This document shows, piece after piece, positions 10,392 through 18,456 of a stretch of 64,000 nt of DNA. The position numbers and the translations under genes are program-made. Each line of letters starts with the position of its first letter. Positions within the stretch are counted from its first letter, which is position 1. Source of the DNA: Patescibacteria group bacterium (GTDB lineage: Bacteria > Patescibacteriota > Patescibacteriia > UM-FILTER-42-10); NCBI GenBank assembly GCA_041664365.1, contig JBAYKW010000007.1:434-64433 (forward strand), written 5' to 3'. Under the pieces are notes generated by a model. That model saw only the letters and a program-made list of their open reading frames with translations. It made no database searches and was not told the DNA's origin.

Positions 10392-10460
10392 GGCGACTCA
10401 GGTTAGTGCAAATTAGCATGAACCTAAACCCGCACATTTTAATGGTGGAAGGAGCCAGTC

Positions 10461-10868
10461 GTGGCTGACGATGGAAAGAAGCGACACGCTTTTGAATACC
10501 TTGTGCACTGCCTCATGGGAGACGTAGCACATGCTAGGGTATTGCGTACCCTAATCCAAACAGGGTTCGTTACCCACGAGGAATTGGGCATCAAGCCCGA
10601 AGACGTGGACACATTCCAAGCACTGTCCCGTATCGCGGACCCCAAAGAACGTGCCATTACGGCATTCCGCGGTTGCCGTGAAGGCAACGTTCTTGCCAAC
10701 TTCGGCGTGATCCAATTTCTTTTCCGTTCCCGCCAGATCAGGCCCACCGATCTGCGCGAGGGTGACGACAGCATCCTAAAGGTAGGCTCCGACCTGAGTC
10801 ATTTTCACAAAGCGCACACCGCACATCTCGCCAGGATTCTCCCATCGGAAAAATCCGCGCAAGACTAA
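10461..10868 (+). CDS. Orphan protein B (135 aa)
   Basis: AAGGAG SD before GTG; own promoter and terminator. Confidence 0.72.
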   Translation: MADDGKKRHAFEYLVHCLMGDVAHARVLRTLIQTGFVTHEELGIKPEDVDTFQALSRIADPKERAITAFRGCREGNVLANFGVIQFLFRSRQIRPTDLREGDDSILKVGSDLSHFHKAHTAHLARILPSEKSAQD

Positions 10869-10886
10869 CCCCTTGCGTTTTTTTAT
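10858..10886 (+). terminator. Intrinsic terminator, cassette B
   Basis: CGCAAG-actaaccc-CTTGCG followed by T7. Confidence 0.7.
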
Positions 10887-10937
10887 TCTGCATATACAAA
10901 ATAAATCCGCCTCTGGCGGGTACTATGTTTATATCCA

Positions 10938-10966
10938 TTGACACTATGATTCAATCATGATAAATT
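10938..10966 (+). promoter_or_regulatory. sigma70 extended -10 promoter, cassette C
   Basis: TTGACA-17-TAAATT with TG; leader hairpin TTCAGTTGT...ACAACTGAA at 10990-11020. Confidence 0.72.
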
Positions 10967-11047
10967 CCACAACCTCCTCCTAGACAGTCTTCAGTTGTGC
11001 TCACGGTGAGGACAACTGAATCACCTGTTTGTTCAGGGAGGAAACTA

Positions 11048-11341
11048 ATGACGTTTATTGGCAACACTCAACTCCCGAAATTCGGAGACATAATCCAGAT
11101 CACCATTCCCGGCAACCCCGGTTTCGTGCTGAAGGTCACCGTGATCTCCGAATGGGCCATCGACCAGGAGGAAGAAGAACACATCAGCTTCGTGTTTTTC
11201 CTGCCCCGTGACTCGTTCCCTCTGGTGTTCGCCCGTCGGGTCGTAACCCTGGACAAGACCAATGAGAAGTGGACCGTCCGCATCAAGAACGGCGAGTCCA
11301 CCATTATCCAGGAAGTCACCGTGAACATCCTCCGCGACTGA
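11048..11341 (+). CDS. Orphan beta-rich protein C (97 aa)
   Basis: GGGAGG SD before ATG 11048; strongly C/G-ending codons; terminator at about 11361-11390. Confidence 0.78.
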   Translation: MTFIGNTQLPKFGDIIQITIPGNPGFVLKVTVISEWAIDQEEEEHISFVFFLPRDSFPLVFARRVVTLDKTNEKWTVRIKNGESTIIQEVTVNILRD

Positions 11342-11422
11342 CTTCATCCCGCTCTTTCCCGCCACTCCACCATTTGGAATGGCTTTTTTTATTCTCACCA
11401 AAACGTAACCAATTATAGAAAG

Positions 11423-11450
11423 TTGACTTTCCATTCATAAAATATATAAT
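11423..11450 (+). promoter_or_regulatory. sigma70 promoter of ncRNA D
   Basis: TTGACT-16-TATAAT. Confidence 0.7.
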
Positions 11451-11464
11451 TTCTTTAGTCATAC

Positions 11465-11551
11465 GTGGAGCAGGGGGTCTTCGTTTTGGACAGCATCCTC
11501 CACGGAGGGTGTCTGGGGTTAAAATCCCAGCCGGAGATCCCCTCTCCACCA
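11465..11551 (+). ncRNA. Candidate structured small RNA D with tRNA-like features (unassigned family)
   Basis: 18-bp closing stem with bulged C, two inner hairpins, ends ACCA; own promoter and terminator (11574-11602); no plausible ORF. Confidence 0.7.
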
Positions 11552-11605
11552 AATATCAACGCTCTTTCCTAATCCATTCCTCCCTTTGGGATGGTTTTTT
11601 TTATT

Positions 11606-11634
11606 TTGACAGATTTTTTGCACCGTGTTATGTT
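11606..11634 (+). promoter_or_regulatory. sigma70 extended -10 promoter, cassette E
   Basis: TTGACA-17-TATGTT with TG. Confidence 0.7.
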
Positions 11635-11688
11635 ATGCCAACTGCCTTTCAGCAGAGAACCGACACCCGCGACTCAAGGAGAATAATA

Positions 11689-11925
11689 TTGCTCTCGAAA
11701 CGCAGAATCAGAAGGCTCGTACGGCGCACCATCGCGTCATTTGTCGGCATTATTTTCGGTCTGGTTCCTGCCTGGTTCCTTCTTTATGATCTACACACAA
11801 CTCAAGGTAACAAACTCTATTTTGCCAAATGGTTATGGCCAATACTTACTGTGCAGTTCTTTCTGATCATTTTCACCTTCGCCTGGATCTGGGCGATCTG
11901 GACCAATCGGATCCCAGAACTCTAA
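11689..11925 (+). CDS. Small two-TM membrane protein E (78 aa)
   Basis: AAGGAG SD before TTG 11689; Arg-rich N-terminus and two hydrophobic helices; terminator CGCAAG..CTTGCG-T7 at about 11927-11950. Confidence 0.68.
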   Translation: MLSKRRIRRLVRRTIASFVGIIFGLVPAWFLLYDLHTTQGNKLYFAKWLWPILTVQFFLIIFTFAWIWAIWTNRIPEL

Positions 11926-12014
11926 CGCAAGCTGACCCTTGCGTTTTTTTATACAAAGAAAAAAGGCGACCCTGCAGAGGTATCGCCTAAAACTCTCATA
12001 AACAGCAACGATGC

Positions 12015-12521
12015 TTAACGCGGACGATGGTGAGGATTGTACTTGCGGAAAGGCTCCCGCAGTTCTTGTGCCCGATAGAGCACGAGGCTCAGTTCGAGCA
12101 TCTCGTCCAGGGAATCGACCAGAAACACATTGGCAAGCCGGAGCTTGCGAAGGTGTTCGCGCACGAGTGCGCGTGCGCGCAGACTCTCCTTGCGCGCAAC
12201 GGGATCGTTGAGCTCATCGTTCAGCTTGTCATCGATCATGATGACGAACTCCCGATGATCATCGAGCCGGATGGCGTTCAGGATGCTGAACCCGGTTTCA
12301 GCCAGCGACCCGGTCCCGTAGGACTCGTCGGTCACGGGGAAGAGGATGACTGCATCCTCAGCGAGATGCTGTGCTTCCTCCACGGCACATTCGGGGGTCC
12401 AGTCCTCGACTTGGGGATTGAAGAAAGCGACACCAAGATCCTGGTACAGCTTGATGAACTTCGCGCGCCAGGTACTTGATCCACAGGTCCCGAACAATCC
12501 GATTGTTAGCATTACGCTCAC
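12015..12521 (-). CDS. Nucleoside 2-deoxyribosyltransferase-like domain protein (cassette F)
   Basis: GLFGTCGSSTWR, FFNPQVEDW, SLAE motifs; promoter TTGACA(12626)-17-TATCCT; terminator at about 11959-11988. Confidence 0.72.
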   Translation of the reverse strand: MSVMLTIGLFGTCGSSTWRAKFIKLYQDLGVAFFNPQVEDWTPECAVEEAQHLAEDAVILFPVTDESYGTGSLAETGFSILNAIRLDDHREFVIMIDDKLNDELNDPVARKESLRARALVREHLRKLRLANVFLVDSLDEMLELSLVLYRAQELREPFRKYNPHHRPR

Positions 12522-12647
12522 CCTTTCATCCTTTTGTCCACTGACACGAGTGAACAGTCATCACTAGTCGCCACGAATGACATTGTGACGACACGATAGG
12601 ATATCATAAAATATGTTTCATGTCAAGACTTAATCATATTGTATAAA

Positions 12648-12997
12648 TAAAAAAGAGGCGGCAACGAAGATGAAGCCGCCCTGTGCCTGACTGGGATCAT
12701 TTGTCCCTCTTCCTGGGCTAGCCAGGCGATAGCCGAAAATGCGTGATGCATTTCCCTACCATTCGCCTTTTCAGGCGGGGGAAAAGGAGCTCGAGCTCTC
12801 TCTGTGGAGAAAGAAATGATAGCGACCCTTCTCTCGCAAGGGGAGTGTTTGCCTCGGCGCAGTGTGGTCCGGCTCCGTATCCTTGCCTTTTCCCCGAAAC
12901 AGATCGGGGACGGAGAGACGCTCCTCTCGACGCTGACTTTCAGGCGATCTGGGCCGTCCAGTGAATCATACGTCACCTCCCTTCCGGTTTTGGACGC
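12648..12997 (-). ncRNA. Candidate large (about 350 nt) multi-hairpin RNA G with 5' micro-ORF
   Basis: Promoter TTGATT(13031)-16-TAATAT with TG; run of hairpins incl. CGCCT-GAAA-AGGCG; G-U pairs favour minus strand; terminator GGGCGGC..GCCGCCT-T tract. Confidence 0.6.
12940..12969 (-). CDS. Possible 9-aa peptide MIHWTAQIA
   Basis: GGGAGGTG SD 4 nt before ATG 12969; TGA at 12942-12940. Confidence 0.35.
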   Translation of the reverse strand: MIHWTAQIA

Positions 12998-13133
12998 ATA
13001 TTTATATTAACATGAAAACATGATTAATCAATGTCGGCCTGATACAGACTGCATATTATATTCTGCTCGCATATAAAAAAAGAGTCGCATGCAGTATGAG
13101 CAATTGACTCTAGCGAAAGAACATGCCCGATCT

Positions 13134-14036
13134 TCAGTTGAGATCGAACTGCACAGACCAGATAATTGTCGGGTGGCTGTGCTGCTGAAGCACCAGATTG
13201 GGTTGGAACTTCAGTGCCCCCTGTCGTAGCTCGGCACCGACAACAACCTCGACATCATCCGTCACCAGTTGTTCTTGTGCCATCGTCAGTAGTGCAAATT
13301 GAGTCCGCTGGGTACAGCGCGCGGTCAGTGCGAATGATTCGTTCAAATCCGCCACAGCAGTAACCAGCCAGCCCCGGCTGTGTTGGAAATCTCTCCGCCA
13401 CAGCATGGCGGATTCCACACTCAGTCCAGATGCCGGACAAACCGACAACTTGCCGTAATACAGTGTACGCTCACCCGGCGGCTGACGACCGGACTGAAAT
13501 GCTCCGGAGAGACGCAGTGGTCCAATCCAGGACGACGTAACAGATGCTGTGAAGTCGCGTGACTGGTTGTCGTCCGGGACATTATGTCCCGATCCGTTGA
13601 ATACGCACGACTGGAATGATCCGAGCCGATTCGCGAACAGGATCGATACGCCGATGTCATACTGGTCAGTAATGTAATAGTCCGTCAACGCATAGGCTAC
13701 GAACCGCTTTTTCCCCGGCGAGGATTCAACCTGCATCATCGGGTTGGTGAACTGACCCAGACGCAATTTGCTCCTGCCTAAGATAGGCAGAGTCATCCGG
13801 TATTCGAGATAGACCTGAAGTGGGATTGTGTTCTTCCCCACCTGCGCCTCACCGAACAGTGTGAGACTGTCCATACTCGCGGTAAGGAATGGCCGAAGCC
13901 GGCGTAGTTCGAAGCCCTGCCCCGCATCCTGAATCTGACCGTAACCGCCGGCATGCAGAACAGGAAAATATTCCCCCGTCTGAGCCATGGCGCTCGCTGT
14001 ACAGAACAGCATTACTACCAGAACCACGTTTCTCAT
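13134..14036 (-). CDS. Porin-like outer-membrane beta-barrel protein (phosphate-selective porin O/P-like), cassette H
   Basis: Signal peptide (..ASAMA), FELRRLR, LGQFTNP, DIG, FNGSG.N..DDN..RD, amphipathic C-terminal strand; promoter TTGACA(14116)-17-TAAGAT; terminator at about 13075-13110. Confidence 0.72.
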   Translation of the reverse strand: MRNVVLVVMLFCTASAMAQTGEYFPVLHAGGYGQIQDAGQGFELRRLRPFLTASMDSLTLFGEAQVGKNTIPLQVYLEYRMTLPILGRSKLRLGQFTNPMMQVESSPGKKRFVAYALTDYYITDQYDIGVSILFANRLGSFQSCVFNGSGHNVPDDNQSRDFTASVTSSWIGPLRLSGAFQSGRQPPGERTLYYGKLSVCPASGLSVESAMLWRRDFQHSRGWLVTAVADLNESFALTARCTQRTQFALLTMAQEQLVTDDVEVVVGAELRQGALKFQPNLVLQQHSHPTIIWSVQFDLN

Positions 14037-14172
14037 GCGCGTCCCTCTCTTTCTGGATGTACACACCCTCCTTAAGCAAAGTTGTGTATCTTAAACAAAC
14101 TTGCAGAGGATGTCAAGGATCATTTTATAACCAAAAACCACCCTAACAAACGTAACCAGGGTGGTTTTTTAA

Positions 14173-15465
14173 TTACTCTTGAGTAGCCAGCTTGTAAAGC
14201 ATATCAATCACTTTCTGATTGACCATCACATTTTTTACGAAACTGTGATAGTCAGGATAGTCTAGCTGTTTTAACATTTCATCATTACCCTGCTGTTCGT
14301 ACATTTTTTTGCTCTTATCTATTTCTTCATGAATCTCCGCTTCCGTCGCTTCGATTTTTTCCAGTTCAGAAACTTTCCGGATCAACAACGCTGTCCTAAC
14401 TCTCTTTTCCGCCCGCGGTTCAAAGGACGTTCTCAGTTCTGCTTCAGTTTTTTTGATACTCTGTAGATAGTCTTCGTATTTCAATCCCTGATTTTCAAAA
14501 TCGTGACGTAATTCGTGAATCATTTTGTCTATTTCGGAAGCCACCAGGTCTTCCGGAAATTCACCGAACTTGCTTTTGCCCGCAATGGACTCCAGCATTT
14601 CCAGCTCAACCCGCTGACGTTCTTTGTTTTCCAATTCCTGAAGCAAGTTTTTACTGATCTGGTCTTCCAGATCCTTAATCGACTTGAACGGACCGAATGA
14701 TTTCGCAAATTCATCATTGGCTTCCGGTTTTTCAATCTTGAAAACTCCATTCACTTTAATCCGGAACTCGGCCGGTTTACCGGCCAGGATTTTTTGGAAA
14801 TATTCCTTCGGAAACTTCAGTTCAAATTCCTTGGTTTCACCTTTTTTCATCCCAATCAATTTATCTTCAAACCCGGGGATGAAATTTCCCTCGCCGATGA
14901 TAATCGGCTGGTTCTTACCCTGTCCGCCTTCGATGGGAACTTTATTTTGAAATACTTCAATATCTACTTCCGCTTTATCACCTTTTTGTACTTCCCGGTC
15001 AACGAGAGCTTCTTTACTGCGCATCTTTCTTAAATCATCCACCGCTTTCCCCAATTCTTTCGGATCTACTACCACTTTCTTCTTTTTGACTTTTACTGAT
15101 TTATAATCTCCAATTTCTACAGTCGGCAGCAGTGACACGGTTGCTTTATAGATAAAGGGATTGCCTAAAGCCTGTTTGATTATATCAATCTTTGGTGTTG
15201 AAATGATAATTATTTTTTCCTGTTCAATCGCTTGACCAATACTCATCTGGATCGCAAAATCAGCGGCCTCGGCCATAATCTGGTCCGCTCCCACCTTTTT
15301 TATTACCACATCATCCGGCACCTTACCTGGCCTGAATCCGTCAATGCGGATACCGGCACCGATCTTTTTGAGTGCCGCCTGGTAATATTTCTCTAATTCT
15401 TCAGCCGGAAGCTCAATGGTTAATTCCATTTGACCTTTTGGCAGCTGGTTCTTTGTTATTTGCAT
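14173..15465 (-). CDS. tig: Trigger factor
   Basis: GFRPGKVP ribosome-binding motif; FIPGFED FKBP domain. Confidence 0.96.
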   Translation of the reverse strand: MQITKNQLPKGQMELTIELPAEELEKYYQAALKKIGAGIRIDGFRPGKVPDDVVIKKVGADQIMAEAADFAIQMSIGQAIEQEKIIIISTPKIDIIKQALGNPFIYKATVSLLPTVEIGDYKSVKVKKKKVVVDPKELGKAVDDLRKMRSKEALVDREVQKGDKAEVDIEVFQNKVPIEGGQGKNQPIIIGEGNFIPGFEDKLIGMKKGETKEFELKFPKEYFQKILAGKPAEFRIKVNGVFKIEKPEANDEFAKSFGPFKSIKDLEDQISKNLLQELENKERQRVELEMLESIAGKSKFGEFPEDLVASEIDKMIHELRHDFENQGLKYEDYLQSIKKTEAELRTSFEPRAEKRVRTALLIRKVSELEKIEATEAEIHEEIDKSKKMYEQQGNDEMLKQLDYPDYHSFVKNVMVNQKVIDMLYKLATQE

Positions 15466-15579
15466 AAAAAAAATCCTTTATTCTTTAAGGAAGTTAAGTA
15501 AGGGCATTATAGCGGATTAGGGGTTTTTTGCAAATGCAAACAAAAAACGGGCCTTGATATAACCCGCTTTTAGGATATT

Positions 15580-17037
15580 TTAGTTTTTTGGCCGGTTATC
15601 TACTATTCTTTTTTCCTTTAATTCGGTTTCCATACCCAGCTGATCCAGGAGGGATTTCAGATCCCTTTTCTCAGTAAGAACCTGAATGAACATGTCGTTA
15701 TGGATTTTTTTCTTTATTTCCTCTGACAGATCTTCATATGACATCCCTTCTTTGGGACAAAGATAGACAACGATTTCGTCAATTTCATATGGATCATTAT
15801 TTTTCTTTCGAATCTCCACTTGCCATTCTTCAACCTCTTTCATACCGGACAATAGAGGATATAATATGTTCAGATTTACTAGCTCGCCTTTCAATTTAGT
15901 AAGATGAAATTCTTTAACATCCGAAGACCGCTGAATATCCATTTTAATTCTTGGTACAGTTTTACCGCAGAAGGCACATTGTCCGTATTCAATCCCCTGG
16001 ACCATATCGCCGGTCTTATAACGAAGTACCAGCGAGCCTCTCCAATCCAAGGCAGTATAAACCAATTCGCCCGACTGACCTTCCTCAACCCGCTTGCCGT
16101 CTTTGTCAATCACCTCAAAAAATTCCAGGTCCGGATAGGTATGATAGCCGGAATCTTCCGCACACTGGATCCAGGCGGTCTTACCTTCAGTTAAAGCATA
16201 AGTCGCAAAAATTTGCACATCCTTTGCGCCTACTTGCGTCAATAGCTCTTTAACTTTAATACGGAGTCCCGGACTGACACGCTCCCCCCCGAAAATAATA
16301 TATTTTAAGTTTGAAAAATCTCTTTTCTGTTTGACCGCTTCGCGCAGCAGATGATAACTATAGCCAGGAATAAACGCCACTAAGCCGGCTTTCATATTCT
16401 GGATCGCATCCATTATTTTTTGAGTCCCCATCACCTTACCACCGCCGGTGGCTAGTGATGTCATACCGATTGTTGTGAAACCATAGTAAGCCAACCAAAA
16501 CGCCAAATGCGGTGAATACGGGAAAGCATTGATAGCCACGTTATCTCGGCTGACATTAATCACATCAATCAGACGGTTTGCTGATTCTTTAAGATATGTG
16601 AGATCCCTTTCCGAATAACCAAAAGGTGTAGGAAGTGCCGTTCGTCCGGTAGTAAAATGCAAATGGATCGGTTTGTATTCCCTGCCCGATTCCCTTTTAA
16701 TATCTTTACCGGTAATTTTACCCCAGACGATTTTCAGCAAGGTTCCCTTGGAAGCATATTTTTTGATCATATGCTCATCCGGTTGGAGCATAAACCGCTT
16801 CGGTTTTGCCCTGTCATCTTCTGTTGGTGCGAGATCTTCTTTGGATGTAAAAGGCAGTTTAACCAGATCATCGGTCGTTTTAATATCATCAAAACTCAGT
16901 TTATTTTTTTCCAGCAATTCCCGATAATAAGGATGGAAGGGAATCTGGTACTTCATCAGCGCCCGTAGTTTTTTATTTTGGATCCTTCTTTGTTCATCTC
17001 TTGAACTATGGGCAAGTTTTTTCCAGTTTTCGTACAT
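15580..17037 (-). CDS. Adenylate-forming enzyme, phenylacetate-CoA-ligase-like
   Basis: LPFTSKEDL, TTGRTALP (variant P-loop), GGE, YALTE, RYKTGD. Confidence 0.78.
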   Translation of the reverse strand: MYENWKKLAHSSRDEQRRIQNKKLRALMKYQIPFHPYYRELLEKNKLSFDDIKTTDDLVKLPFTSKEDLAPTEDDRAKPKRFMLQPDEHMIKKYASKGTLLKIVWGKITGKDIKRESGREYKPIHLHFTTGRTALPTPFGYSERDLTYLKESANRLIDVINVSRDNVAINAFPYSPHLAFWLAYYGFTTIGMTSLATGGGKVMGTQKIMDAIQNMKAGLVAFIPGYSYHLLREAVKQKRDFSNLKYIIFGGERVSPGLRIKVKELLTQVGAKDVQIFATYALTEGKTAWIQCAEDSGYHTYPDLEFFEVIDKDGKRVEEGQSGELVYTALDWRGSLVLRYKTGDMVQGIEYGQCAFCGKTVPRIKMDIQRSSDVKEFHLTKLKGELVNLNILYPLLSGMKEVEEWQVEIRKKNNDPYEIDEIVVYLCPKEGMSYEDLSEEIKKKIHNDMFIQVLTEKRDLKSLLDQLGMETELKEKRIVDNRPKN

Positions 17038-17061
17038 GTTTTTTAATCAATATTTAATTTT

Positions 17062-18456
17062 TTAAAATTCTTTATTAACTGTAGCACGATCAGAGTTATC
17101 AGTCATCCCGATATATACAAAATCACATTTCTTTCCGCTTTTCACTACTTCGTCTTGGTTTATCCATGGTAAGTATCCAGCTTCAATAATTTGCCTGGAA
17201 AATTCTTCTGGTGGTAATTTAATGCCAGGTAGATATACGCTTACCGATTCAAATCCATCTGCCATCGTTAATGCTCGATCCAACAATTTTTCATCTCGCA
17301 TCCTCTGTTCTGACAAGGCATGTATCGCTCCGATTGTTTTTACACCTGTTTTAATAATTATATCCTTTACCGCATCATAAGACACATCTTCAGCCTCCCA
17401 GTGTGCTTCTTTTTTAACATTATCAGGATATGGCTCGGACCATTCTTTGATAAATGAATAAACAATGCATCGATGCGCCCCAAGCTGTTGAATAATTTTT
17501 TTAATTTTTGGTAACGCATTTTTATGTTTACAATCCAAAATCAATACAACGTCCGGAGCTTTATCCAGCATTTTCACGGCTGTGTCTATATCAATGTTTT
17601 GGGGTAGAGGCAAATTATTTTTAACATAATACTCTTTTGGGTGCCCAACATATATTTTACCGGTTTGATCATCATATGCTATATCCAATTCGATGCTCGT
17701 ACCTTTACTGATCGCTTCTCGTATTGTATCTTCATGCACCTCCCGCATATGCCAATAGATATAAGGTCTGTTTATTTTTTTTGCTTTTTCAATCGGATGA
17801 ATATTTTCTATCGGCTTGCCGGTCAGAAGAGAAATTTTTTCTAAAACCTGTCCGGTAATTTCGTGCAGTATATCTTTATTTAATTCCTGATCATAATATG
17901 AATCAAAGGTCATCGGTTGTCCAAAATTTATTCTGATTTCATGTTTTCTGCAAAAAATTAATGACAATAACTTCACATCTTTATCGTTCGGACCAATATA
18001 GCCGACGGGGATTACCGGGCACTTCGCCCATAGTGCCAGACGAGCCACCCCTGTTCTCCCTCTGCCGATCGTATCATCATAGTGCCTGTGCCCCTCCGGG
18101 AATATTCCGACTATTCCTCCCTGTTTCAGATGATCCGACGCTATTTCCAAACAGCGCCCCGGGTTTTCTTTATCAACATAAATCATCCCAAACCACCGTT
18201 CTCCAACCAGACTACCAAAAAACTTTTTTAATTCTATTTTACTGATAAATCTTGGTTTGGTTCTGCTATGACGCCCCGTAATAAAAGCGATTAACAGCGG
18301 GTCCATAAAACTTACATGGTTGGCAGCAATGATGTATGGCCCCTTTGTCGGTATATTTTCTATGCCGGTAATTTTTTTTATCCGCAACATAATAATCGGC
18401 GTCAACAAAATCCGCGTTAAATGAAAAAATATCGTATCTTTCTGTCTTTCTACCAT
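17062..18456 (-). CDS. Lysophospholipid acyltransferase (PlsC-like) fused to PLC/GDPD-like TIM-barrel domain
   Basis: NHVSFMD and FPEGHR motifs; C-terminal WH..IELDI..GHP..LDCK pattern; start placed at ATG 18456. Confidence 0.8.
   Translation of the reverse strand: MVERQKDTIFFHLTRILLTPIIMLRIKKITGIENIPTKGPYIIAANHVSFMDPLLIAFITGRHSRTKPRFISKIELKKFFGSLVGERWFGMIYVDKENPGRCLEIASDHLKQGGIVGIFPEGHRHYDDTIGRGRTGVARLALWAKCPVIPVGYIGPNDKDVKLLSLIFCRKHEIRINFGQPMTFDSYYDQELNKDILHEITGQVLEKISLLTGKPIENIHPIEKAKKINRPYIYWHMREVHEDTIREAISKGTSIELDIAYDDQTGKIYVGHPKEYYVKNNLPLPQNIDIDTAVKMLDKAPDVVLILDCKHKNALPKIKKIIQQLGAHRCIVYSFIKEWSEPYPDNVKKEAHWEAEDVSYDAVKDIIIKTGVKTIGAIHALSEQRMRDEKLLDRALTMADGFESVSVYLPGIKLPPEEFSRQIIEAGYLPWINQDEVVKSGKKCDFVYIGMTDNSDRATVNKEF

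Noticed and set aside
11465-11551. tmRNA (including permuted), tRNA-Sec or SRP RNA
   Set aside because: 17 nt separate the T-like arm from ACCA rather than 7; no tag ORF, no anticodon arm, no SRP domain IV motif
12840-12900. c-di-GMP-I riboswitch or group II intron domain V (AAAAGGCAA, GGAGCCGGA on minus strand)
   Set aside because: The downstream conserved elements of both are absent
12718-12969. UGA read-through (Sec or recoding) giving an 83-aa protein; a hairpin lies 11 nt after the UGA
   Set aside because: The product looks non-protein-like, other genes here use TGA as stop, and no sel genes are in the window
12623-12976. 117-aa minus-strand ORF from the track
   Set aside because: Its GTG lies inside the SD, it runs through the terminator into AT-rich sequence, and the region is better explained as structured RNA
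10363-14116. Prophage or integron
   Set aside because: No integrase, structural genes, att repeats or attC-like sites; each unit has its own promoter
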